Shown: positions 8,080-15,511 of the stretch, in pieces
How positions within the stretch are numbered: position 1 is the stretch's first letter
How the letters are laid out: every line of letters begins with the position of its first letter
NCBI GenBank assembly: GCA_038209745.1
Contig: JBBQXJ010000098.1
Location: 1-15,651, forward strand
DNA: 15,651 nt
Origin: Verrucomicrobiota bacterium
GTDB taxonomy: Bacteria > Verrucomicrobiota > Verrucomicrobiia > Limisphaerales > CANJSG01
Direction of reading: 5' to 3'
Notes under the pieces: model-generated
Database searches by the model: none
What the model was told of the DNA's origin: nothing
The model's input: the letters and a program-made list of their open reading frames with translations, nothing else
Translations under genes and position numbers: made by a program

Positions 8080-8460
8080 CTAGATATGCTTCGAGTCGTC
8101 GTGGTCCTTCGTCGTGTAGCCGGAGTCCTGGCGCTTGAGGTTCACCGCGTTCTTCTTCACGTAGGCTTGGAAGACGTCGTCGGCGCTCATGCCGAGGACC
8201 TGGGCCATGGAGATGAGGAAGTGGAACAGATCCACCACCTCCACCCGGGCGTTCTGCTCGTCGAACTTCTGGTATTTGGCCCACCATTTCCACGGGACGC
8301 TGTCGGTCAGCTCGGCCATTTCCTGCTGCATGGCGCGGGTGTAGTTCAGGATCCACTTGGTCTTCTCCTCCTCGGTCATGGCGTCGGTGTTCACGCCAAT
8401 GCGCTGGTTGAGCGCGTGTTGCATGCGGAAGAGCTCTCGGAGCTGGTCGGATTGTTCCAT
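8080..8460 (-). CDS. dut: Dimeric all-alpha dUTP diphosphatase (dUTPase_2 / MazG-like superfamily)
   Basis: LF.MQ.ALN, QEMAEL...PWKWW, EVVDLFHFLIS and Y.KKN.VN..RQ.SGY motifs of dimeric dUTPases. ATG at 8460 (or 8472). Confidence 0.88.
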   Translation of the reverse strand: MEQSDQLRELFRMQHALNQRIGVNTDAMTEEEKTKWILNYTRAMQQEMAELTDSVPWKWWAKYQKFDEQNARVEVVDLFHFLISMAQVLGMSADDVFQAYVKKNAVNLKRQDSGYTTKDHDDSKHI

Positions 8461-8631
8461 GGACGGAATCATCCGGGCGGCCCGGGTCGGTGCAAGGTCG
8501 AAGTCCCTCGGGGCGATCTGGCCGGCGATCTGGCCGGCGCGGGCTCAGGCGCGCCCGTGTCGTGCCTATCATCTCTGACGGCGGGTTGTGCCCAACGGAA
8601 CAACCTTTTTGCCCCGGTAATTTGGGCTTCT

Positions 8632-8784
8632 GTCGTAGTCGCCGTCACGGCCAACGTCCTCGAAGGCGCCCGCGCCCGTTGTCTGGCGGCCGGGATGGAC
8701 GACTGGATCACCAAACCGGTCGGACCATCAGAGATCCGCCGCCTGGTCGAACGCGTCCGCCCCTCCGGATCTGACCGAATCTGA
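8632..8784 (+). pseudogene. C-terminal half of a response-regulator receiver domain (hybrid histidine-kinase type), remnant
   Basis: Translates VVVAVTANVLEGARARCLAAGMDDWITKPVGPSEIRRLVERV, matching the receiver consensus IIALTANA..GDRE.CLAAGMDDYL.KP. The N-terminal half with the phospho-Asp and a credible start are missing. Confidence 0.75.
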
Positions 8785-8899
8785 CTTCGTGCGCCCCCGC
8801 TCGCCCCCTGCCTTCGGGGATTGTCCAAGAAGACTTCCCGGAAGGAGAATAACTACCGGTGCCGCGTGGTCTTCGCTGCGTCGCCTCCTTTCGATCTCC

Positions 8900-9979
8900 A
8901 TGCATTGCCGCATTTTTTTGATTCTCGCCCTGGGACTGCTGGGGGGTTGTTCCTCGGGTCCGGCTTCGTCGTCCGCGCTCGCGGGGGATCGCGCCGTCTG
9001 GTCCACCGAGATCGACACCTTCCGCGACTTCGAACTTTCGTTTGGCCGGACCAATGGCGCGGTGTCCTTCACGTCCCCGTTGATTCGGCCTCCCATGCTG
9101 TGGGACGAAATCGTCGTCTCGTGGAACGTCCGCTCGGGGCCGGGCGTCATCGTCCGCGTCGAGGCCTCGGCCATGATGACCAATGGCGAACCCACCCGCT
9201 TCTACCGCTTGGCCGACTGGACCCAGGACAACTTGGCCGAGCCCCGCCGCAGTCCGTCGCAGGAGAGCGATGCGCTTGGGCGCGTGGACGTCGATACCCT
9301 GCGATTGATTCGTCCCGCCGCCGCCGTCCAGATCCGGTTCACCCTCGAAAAAACGCTCCCCGTCGAGGCCAACCTGGACCATGTGGGCTTGGCCTTTCGC
9401 AACCGTCGGGCGCCGCTGGCTTCTTCAACCGGGCTGAGCCCCGTCGCTCCATTGGATGTCCCGGAGCTTTCCCAGGCCGACTACCCCGAGGAACGCGGTT
9501 GGTGCAGCCCCACCAGCGTGGCGATGGTCCTGGGATATTGGGCCGAGAAGCTGCACCGACCCGAATTGGCCAAGGACGTTCCCGAAGTGGCTCGCGGCGT
9601 CTTCGACCGAAACTACAACGGCACCGGCAATTGGAGTTTCAACGTCGCCTACGCCGGATCCTTTCCGGGCCTTCGAGCCACGGTGGCCCGTTTGGAAACC
9701 CTTGAAGACGTCCGGGGCTGGGTCGCCCGTGGCGTGCCGGTGATCCTTTCCGGCCCCTACAGCCTGCTGGCCGACAATCCGAAAGCGTCGTCCGCCGGCC
9801 ATGTCGTCGTGGTCGTCGGATTCACGAAGGGCGGCGACGTGATCCTCAACGATCCGTGGGCCGTGCGTTCTCGAGGCCAAGCCGTGCGTCGCGTCTACGA
9901 CCGGAAGAACGTCGAAGCCGCCTGGGCGCGTTCCGGGCATACCGTCTACTTGATCCGACCGGACCATTGGCCGGAATGA
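8900..9979 (+). CDS. C39-like (papain-fold) cysteine peptidase lipoprotein
   Basis: ATG 8900, lipobox LALGLLGG-C, VPELSQ, catalytic WCSPTSVAMVL (Cys), GTGNWSFN.AYA, GHVVVVVGF (His), NDP (Asp). Confidence 0.88.
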   Translation: MHCRIFLILALGLLGGCSSGPASSSALAGDRAVWSTEIDTFRDFELSFGRTNGAVSFTSPLIRPPMLWDEIVVSWNVRSGPGVIVRVEASAMMTNGEPTRFYRLADWTQDNLAEPRRSPSQESDALGRVDVDTLRLIRPAAAVQIRFTLEKTLPVEANLDHVGLAFRNRRAPLASSTGLSPVAPLDVPELSQADYPEERGWCSPTSVAMVLGYWAEKLHRPELAKDVPEVARGVFDRNYNGTGNWSFNVAYAGSFPGLRATVARLETLEDVRGWVARGVPVILSGPYSLLADNPKASSAGHVVVVVGFTKGGDVILNDPWAVRSRGQAVRRVYDRKNVEAAWARSGHTVYLIRPDHWPE

Positions 9980-10104
9980 CCGGCCTGAAAGACATCGGGA
10001 TTTGACCTTCGCCTTATGTCATTCCGCGCATCGGTGGCACTTCCCGATTGCACCCGCCCGGAATGCGATGACTTAATCCGCGACGCGAACCGCACCATTT
10101 TTTC

Positions 10105-11367
10105 ATGGATAGTTTTCTCATCAAAGGCGGCGTCCCGCTCCACGGCGACGTCCAGATCTCCGGCGCAAAGAACGCCGTTCTTCCCCTCATGGCCGCCACG
10201 CTCCTCACCTCCGGTGAATGCGTCATCCGCCGCGTGCCCAACCTCAGCGATGTGCGGTTCATGGGCCAGATCCTCCAGTCGCTCGGCTGCGAGGTCACAT
10301 GGGACGGCGACTCCGTCCGCATCCGGGCCGCCAAGCTCAAGCCGGTCGGCGACTACGACCTCATCCGCAAGATGCGCGGCTCCGTCTGCATCATGGGCCC
10401 CCTCCTCGGGCGCACCCGCAAGGCCACCGTGTCGTTGCCCGGTGGCTGCATCATCGGAGCTCGGCCCATCAATCTGCATTTGAAGGGCTTTGAAGCCCTC
10501 GGCGCGAAGATCACGATCGAGGGCGGAGATATCAAAGCCGCCGCCAAGGCGCTGATCGGCACCAGCATCTTCCTTGGCGGACGCGCCGGTCCCACTGTTC
10601 TCGGCACCGCCAATATCATGATGGCCGCCACCCTCGCCGAGGGGGTCACCGTCATCGATTCCGCCGCCTGTGAGCCGGAGATCGTGGACCTGGCCACCTT
10701 CCTCAACGCCATGGGTGCCCGCGTCGCCGGAGCCGGCAGTCCCACCATCACCATCACCGGGGTAAAGGAACTCCACGGTGCCGAGCACGAGGTCATCGCG
10801 GATCGCATCGAAGCCGCCACCTATGCGATCGCCGCTGCTGCCACGGACGGAGAAGTCACGCTGAAAGGCGTTCGCTCCGAACACCTTCACGCGGTCCTGG
10901 ACAAACTCCGTGAAGCCGGCGTGAAGCTGGAGCGCGTCGGCCCCGATCTGAAGGTCACCCGCAACCGGCGGCTCAAACCCGTCGACGTCACCACCCAGCC
11001 CTACGCCGGGTTCCCCACCGATGTGCAGGCCCAGATGATGTCCCTCATGTGCCTCACCCCCGGGATCAGCATTATCACCGAACGCATCTTCGAGGCCCGT
11101 TTCATGCACGTCAGCGAGCTCGCTCGTCTCGGAGCCGATATCTCCATCGAAGGCCCCAGCGCCATCGTCAAAGGCGGCCGCCCGCTGAGTGGAGCCCAGG
11201 TCATGGCCAGTGATCTCCGCGCCTCTGCGGCCCTTGTCATTGCGGGGTTGGCCGCAAAGGGGACCACCCAGATCCACCGGGTCTATCACCTCGACCGCGG
11301 CTACGAACGCATGGAAGCCAAACTCAACGCCCTCGGTGCGAAGATCGAGCGCACCCAGGGCGAATGA
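10105..11367 (+). CDS. murA: UDP-N-acetylglucosamine 1-carboxyvinyltransferase
   Basis: ISGAKNAVLP, LPGGCIIGARP (active-site Cys loop), AACEPEIVDL, DRIEA, PYAGFPTDVQAQ, ASDLRASA, HLDRGYE; 420 aa. Confidence 0.98.
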   Translation: MDSFLIKGGVPLHGDVQISGAKNAVLPLMAATLLTSGECVIRRVPNLSDVRFMGQILQSLGCEVTWDGDSVRIRAAKLKPVGDYDLIRKMRGSVCIMGPLLGRTRKATVSLPGGCIIGARPINLHLKGFEALGAKITIEGGDIKAAAKALIGTSIFLGGRAGPTVLGTANIMMAATLAEGVTVIDSAACEPEIVDLATFLNAMGARVAGAGSPTITITGVKELHGAEHEVIADRIEAATYAIAAAATDGEVTLKGVRSEHLHAVLDKLREAGVKLERVGPDLKVTRNRRLKPVDVTTQPYAGFPTDVQAQMMSLMCLTPGISIITERIFEARFMHVSELARLGADISIEGPSAIVKGGRPLSGAQVMASDLRASAALVIAGLAAKGTTQIHRVYHLDRGYERMEAKLNALGAKIERTQGE

Positions 11368-11492
11368 TTCCTGGGGAGAGAGTCCTTCCATCGTCCAGGG
11401 AGTTTTCTCGCTGGCGAAATTCTTGAACCTGCCCAAGGCTTCCCGCGTCTGGAGGTAGGAGACAGGCCCAGCGCACCGGGAAAATAAAGGTC

Positions 11493-11915
11493 ATGAAAAA
11501 CGTCATCGTAATCCTCTTAATCGTCGGCGCGGCCTTCGGCGCGTGGCGTTATTACAAGATTTCAGAAGGTGCCGCTCCCGCTGCGGCAGAAGCGTCCTCC
11601 TCCCCCGCCGCCAACACCGGTCCGCTCACCGAGGAACAGCTCCCGCAGATGCACGAGGAACTGGAGTCATCCCTGACCGCGGCGCGCCAGCGCGGCGCCT
11701 ACGGGTTGAAGCAGTGGCTCGCCGCCTACGGAAACACGGTTCGTGACCCCCGCCTCGCTTGGATCCAGCTCGACTACGTCATCCTCGTCAGCCAGTCCAA
11801 CCTTGGGGAAGCCCGCAGGGTGTTCGGCGAGGTCAAGAAACGCGTCCCTGAGACCTCCGTCGTTTATCCCCGGATCAAGAAGATGGAGCCCTCCTATGGC
11901 ACGCCCCGGGCCTGA
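11493..11915 (+). CDS. Hypothetical protein with N-terminal membrane anchor/signal and helical C-terminal region
   Basis: MKNVIVILLIVGAAFGAW, an Ala/Pro/Ser linker, then a helical-looking domain; host-like codon usage; AAAGG just upstream of the ATG. Confidence 0.8.
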   Translation: MKNVIVILLIVGAAFGAWRYYKISEGAAPAAAEASSSPAANTGPLTEEQLPQMHEELESSLTAARQRGAYGLKQWLAAYGNTVRDPRLAWIQLDYVILVSQSNLGEARRVFGEVKKRVPETSVVYPRIKKMEPSYGTPRA

Positions 11916-11960
11916 GCTCCGGCCTTTCTCCAGAGTTCCCGCCGATGTTCAATCGATCCC

Positions 11961-11989
11961 TTGACCCCCGGTCGTCTCGCCCCGATACT
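11961..11989 (+). promoter_or_regulatory. Putative sigma70 promoter of ssrA
   Basis: TTGACC (11961-11966), 17-bp spacer, GATACT (11984-11989), 16 nt upstream of the mature tmRNA 5' end. Confidence 0.65.
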
Positions 11990-12005
11990 CACCCCGTTGC
12001 TTTGT

Positions 12006-12360
12006 GGGGGCGCACTGGTTTCGACCTGATAGATGCGCCAGAGGCGGCATGCCGAGGACGGTTCGTTGGCCTCGTAAATCCCCGAACCAAAACATAACTG
12101 CTAACGAAGAGTTGGCTCTCGCGGCCTAAAGTGCCGTGACGTTTGACCCTCAACGCCTGCTAGGGGTGTCAAACGCATTTAGCAGGCTGGGTGGACGCGG
12201 AGACAGCGCGTAATGGTTCACCAAGATCGACATGCTGACTAAGCGACTGGATTCGCGTCGGACCGTTATCCAGAAGCCGACAAAATTTGTTCGACTAAGC
12301 ATGTAGTCGCGGCTGGTTTCTTTGTCAGGGACGCGGGTTCAACTCCCGCCGCCTCCACCA
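12006..12360 (+). ncRNA. ssrA: tmRNA (transfer-messenger RNA), encoded tag (A)ANEELALAA*
   Basis: 5' GGGGGCGcactGGtTTCGAC; 3' T-arm GACGCGGGTTCAACTCCCGCCGCCTCCACCA with Ala-type acceptor stem; ATAACT followed by the resume codon GCT at 12100, reading ANEELALAA to TAA at 12127-12129; 355 nt. Confidence 0.97.
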
Positions 12361-12367
12361 CTTCTCA

Positions 12368-12394
12368 CCGGGATCGGCGACGGGCCGATCCCGG
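12368..12394 (+). terminator. Strong hairpin directly after ssrA (possible terminator or processing stem)
   Basis: ccgggatcggc-gacgg-gccgatcccgg, a perfect 11-bp stem, but no clear U-tract. Confidence 0.5.
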
Positions 12395-12423
12395 ATCTAC
12401 CTTGCCAAGTGCCCCCAGCTTCC

Positions 12424-13015
12424 GAGGGCAGACGCATCTAAACCTCGGTCCAAATTCAGGCTGGTACTTTTTGGAAGACTGCTTAAATGAGACGGGATGC
12501 GAACCCATCCTAGGCTGAATTTGATCGCCCATTTTCAAGATCTGGTCGAGCCGCGCGTGGCACTCACCCGGGAACACCGGCTCATCGACCTGCTCGTCAT
12601 CGCCGGCTGCACGCTGCTCTGCGGCGGCGAGGGCTTCAACGGCATGGAGGATTTGGCCGGGCCAAGGAGGACTGGCTCAAAACCTTCCTGGAACTGCCCG
12701 GCGGCATCCCCAGCCACGACACCTTCAACCGCCTCTTCCGGACGCTCGATCCCCGGTCGTTCCTCGAATGCTTCCAACGCTGAACCCAGAGCCTGCGCAC
12801 CGTCGTCTCCGAAAAGAGCGTGGGCCCGTTTCGCCCGCGCCGTGCGCGGACACTGGAGCGTGGAGAACCAGTGCCACTGGATGCTGGATGTGAACCTGGG
12901 CGAAGACCAGAGCCAAGCCCGCGTGGGCCACGCGGCCGAAAACCTCGACACGTTTCGCCGGCTGGGATCACTCCCACCTCCTCAAGCTCCTCGGTATTTA
13001 GATGCGTCTACCCTG
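12424..13015 (+). mobile_element. Internally deleted ISAs1-family insertion sequence (592 bp)
   Basis: TIRs gagggcagacgcatctaaa (12424-12442) and the reverse complement of 12997-13015, cagggtagacgcatctaaa (17/19), enclosing ISAs1 transposase fragments. No target duplication visible. Confidence 0.9.
12497..13001 (+). pseudogene. ISAs1-family transposase pseudogene
   Basis: Fragments HFQDLVEPR...H.LIDLLVIA.C..LCG, then a frameshift near 12653, KEDWLKTFLELPGGIPSHDTFNRLF..LDP, an in-frame TGA at 12781, a large deletion near 12820, VRGHWSVEN..HW.LDV...ED, and a second deletion before LLKLLGI*. Confidence 0.9.
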
Positions 13016-13154
13016 GGCCAAAACTGGCTGCGGGAAGTCACTTTGCCGTCGATGGTGTCGTCGTGGGTTTGGTTTGCTGGCTAGTGGATGTCTGTCCACT
13101 GCCCCCAGATTTGTCTCTCAACTCTTCGCATCTCTCGCCCCTTCGAGATACCGC

Positions 13155-14597
13155 TCACTTGGCCACCGCCTGATAGTAGAGAGGAAAGACGAGGCTGCTC
13201 TCCATGTCCTCGAACACCGCCGAGCCTCCGGGTGACAGCGTGACCGTGCTGATCTCCGACCAATTGGGCGGGAGCGGTTGGCTGGCCCGTTCGATGCCGT
13301 AGGTGGCGCCGGCCGTGCCGCTGACGGTGAACTGCGAATGTCCATTGGGCAGGATCTTCGCGTCCGAGAGCGTCGGTGCCATCGGAGGGACCGTGCCGCG
13401 GGCTCCGGTCTTGATCGTTAAATGGATGCGGCGGTTCAGGTCGCCGAAGCCGGCCATCAACGGCACGGCGTTGGTCGAATGGTAGAAGAGCCGGCCGAAG
13501 AGCAGCTCGACGTTGTAGGTGCCGTTCGTCTTGAGCGTGCCGGCGGGGATGACCATGGAGGTCGCGGAGGCCGGCAGCGGTCGGGGAATGCAGGCGTCGG
13601 GCGCGTAGTAGAGGACGGCGCCCTTGCCGTCGCCGATGAACATGGAGATGTGATCGTTGGTGCCGGCGTTGGGAATACCGTTCCATTGCAGGGTGAAATC
13701 CAGCCCGGGATCGATGTCCTGGGTGGCGGGGAAATTGAGGATCTTCGGCATCGGCGGAAACTCGGCCGGAAGGAGCATGGGGATCACGTATTCCGGCTGG
13801 CCGGATTGGGTGAAGCGCAGGACGTAATCGCCGGCGGGAACGGCGGTATTTAACGCGGTCTCGGTGGGATGGAACTCATAGATCTGGGCGATGCCGGCAA
13901 CCGGCAGGGAATTGCTGACGCCGCCGGCGCGGACCAGCGAAGCCTCGGTCAAACCCGCCAGACCGTAGACATAGGCGGAGAAGGTGTAGGGGTTCTCGGC
14001 CGTGGCAGGCACGGGATCATTGGCCGAGGTCTGGGTGAAGATCTCGACCTTGTAGACCGCGTAGTTGCCCCAGCTATCGGGGACGCCGTCGGGATCGCAG
14101 GAGGGCCCTGCACCGGCGGTGGTGAACTGGCCGCGATGCAATCCCGTGGGAAGCAGGACACCGGCCGCGCTCTCCAGCTTCACGAGCGTGGAGTTGGGAT
14201 TGAGCACCCAGTTGATCTGGGTGCCGGTCGCGAACGGCCCGGTATAGGTGCAGGTCAACTCGGTGCCTGCGATGTTCCACGAGTAGGTGAACGCAGCGGG
14301 ATTGAGCACGCCATTGGCGAACCAGCGCACGGAGGCGGGGGTGGCCGGCGGTCCCGTGGCGATGTTCGGGTCCTGCTTCATTGGCTGGTCGAAGACGAAG
14401 ACGACCTTGTTGGTGACAGATACGAACATTGCCCCATCGGCGGGTGTCACCGAAACCAAAGCGGGCGCCGCTTGAGCCTGCAAATCGGTGGGCATCGTCA
14501 TCGCGACCAGCGCAACGACGAACGCCATGGCTGCAGAGAGCCGAGGTCGAAATTGCGAGATCCACTGCCCGGGACGCTCTGACGCGATGGAGTTCAT
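13155..14597 (-). CDS. Secreted protein with N-terminal Ig-like (Big_5/SbsA-type) domain, further beta-rich domains and a C-terminal putative sorting domain
   Basis: Signal-like AMAFVVALVAMTMP..LQAQA; PALVSVTPADGA..V......VFVFDQPM is a Big_5-like start; the C-terminus reads NGHSQFTVSG.AGATY.IE......NW...AVFED.....LYYQAV. Start at ATG 14597 is inferred (14528 possible). Confidence 0.85.
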   Translation of the reverse strand: MNSIASERPGQWISQFRPRLSAAMAFVVALVAMTMPTDLQAQAAPALVSVTPADGAMFVSVTNKVVFVFDQPMKQDPNIATGPPATPASVRWFANGVLNPAAFTYSWNIAGTELTCTYTGPFATGTQINWVLNPNSTLVKLESAAGVLLPTGLHRGQFTTAGAGPSCDPDGVPDSWGNYAVYKVEIFTQTSANDPVPATAENPYTFSAYVYGLAGLTEASLVRAGGVSNSLPVAGIAQIYEFHPTETALNTAVPAGDYVLRFTQSGQPEYVIPMLLPAEFPPMPKILNFPATQDIDPGLDFTLQWNGIPNAGTNDHISMFIGDGKGAVLYYAPDACIPRPLPASATSMVIPAGTLKTNGTYNVELLFGRLFYHSTNAVPLMAGFGDLNRRIHLTIKTGARGTVPPMAPTLSDAKILPNGHSQFTVSGTAGATYGIERASQPLPPNWSEISTVTLSPGGSAVFEDMESSLVFPLYYQAVAK

Positions 14598-14853
14598 GGT
14601 GGAGAGTTTGGAGGTGGCGTTTGTTCGTTTCGCGGAGCGGGAATCGTCGCCGAAGGAGGTAGACCGAGCCGGCAGCTGATAAGGCCAGGGGCGGGAATGA
14701 CGCGGACCGTCGCCCCTCGGAACGTTTCGCCGTTCTTTCCCACTTCGGGATGCTGCCAAGGCCGATTGCTTTGACAAGCGGCGTCTGAGAATGGCTGCTA
14801 CGGAACGACGTTCACCGTCAGGCAGAGCTGGCTGCGGATGACACCTGGCTAAG

Positions 14854-14958
14854 ATCGACGCCCGACTGCGCGACCCCTACGCCAAGTGCCAGATCAGCTA
14901 CGACACCGCCATGAGCCGCGCCCGACAGCCGGAGCAAGTCAGCCGCAAGCCGGAGTGA
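14854..14958 (+). pseudogene. 3' fragment resembling the C-terminus of a PilT/PilU twitching-motility ATPase
   Basis: Translates IDARLRDPYAKCQISYDTAMSRARQPEQVSRKPE*, similar to the PilT/PilU tail (D..L..LY..G.ISYE.A...A..P). An in-frame TGA lies upstream at 14839-14841 and there is no start codon ahead of the similarity. Confidence 0.55.
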
Positions 14959-14962
14959 CCCG

Positions 14963-15086
14963 GTAGCGGCGAACGGGAGTTCGCCGGAAACTTCCGCTGC
15001 GGAAAGGAGGCGACTCGGTCTTGTCGCTTGGCCGTCTGAAGATCGCCTCCCCCATTGATTGGCGGCGAACTCCCGTTCGCCGCTAC
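14963..15086. repeat. GTAG-type REP doublet (REPIN-like)
   Basis: GTAGcggcgaacgggagttcgccg at 14963-14986 and its perfect 24-bp reverse complement at 15063-15086. Each copy is GTAG plus an 8-bp hairpin (cggcgaac/gttcgccg); 76-bp spacer. Confidence 0.88.
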
Positions 15087-15511
15087 GGTTTCATTAGCCG
15101 GAAGAACCGCGCGCTGTTCGTCGTCGGCAGTGTGAGCAGGTTGGATCCGTAAACCTCGGTTGGCGTCCCCTCGACGGTTTGCCACGCGGCCGGCTGGATG
15201 AAGGGAGAGGTCTGCAACGAGAAGCCCGCCGCGTTCTTCGGCCAGGTTACGGAGATTGAACCGGAGTAACGGGCGATTCCTAGAGCTGGCGGTGTCGGAA
15301 CGATCAGAAACGCAGAGAATTGATCAGCAGAGACCACCGCTCGAACACCGGCCTCTGCGGAAAGCACCTTCCAATTTGTCGTCATGTCATGACCAAAAAC
15401 AGTGGAATCTAGGCTCCACCCCTCCCCCCAAATAACCACTGAACCATCGGCCTTATAGGCGATGTTGTTGAGTCCGCCGGCCGATATGGCAATGACTCCC
15501 GTTTTCGCTAA
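15083..15511 (-). pseudogene. 3' part of an RCC1-like repeat secreted protein gene with C-terminal putative sorting domain, apparently IS-interrupted
   Basis: The frame upstream of GTG 15439 reads GVIAISAGGLNNIAYKADGSVVIWG, an RCC1-like repeat. The tail is PALGIAR..GSISVTWP....GFSLQ......AW..V...ARFFRL. Recognisable coding character stops at about 15510. Confidence 0.7.

Noticed and set aside
8044..8784. 246-aa plus-strand ORF as an intact response regulator
   Set aside because: Most of it is antisense to the dUTPase or intergenic; only the last ~50 codons are receiver-like.
10048..10077. TTGCAC upstream of murA (also upstream of dut at 8495-8490) as promoters
   Set aside because: No convincing -10 hexamer at 16-18 bp spacing, so they were not called.
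9946..11436. 496-aa antisense ORF over murA, and similar long shadow ORFs (5230-6543, 2215-3279, 1013-1876, 8821-9705)
   Set aside because: These are shadow frames of high-GC coding genes with no recognisable motifs.
12320..12360. tRNA gene suggested by the T-arm and CCA end
   Set aside because: It is the 3' tRNA-like domain of tmRNA and pairs with the 5' end at 12006; there is no anticodon arm.
12497..13084. 195-aa ORF as an intact transposase or novel protein
   Set aside because: It is a chimera of in-frame and out-of-frame ISAs1 fragments that reads through the right TIR, and the catalytic core is deleted.
12410..13108. tgcccccag direct repeat at 12410-12418 and 13100-13108 as the ISAs1 target duplication or an att site
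   Set aside because: It is not adjacent to the TIRs (5 bp and 84 bp away), and a 9-bp GC-rich match is plausible by chance.
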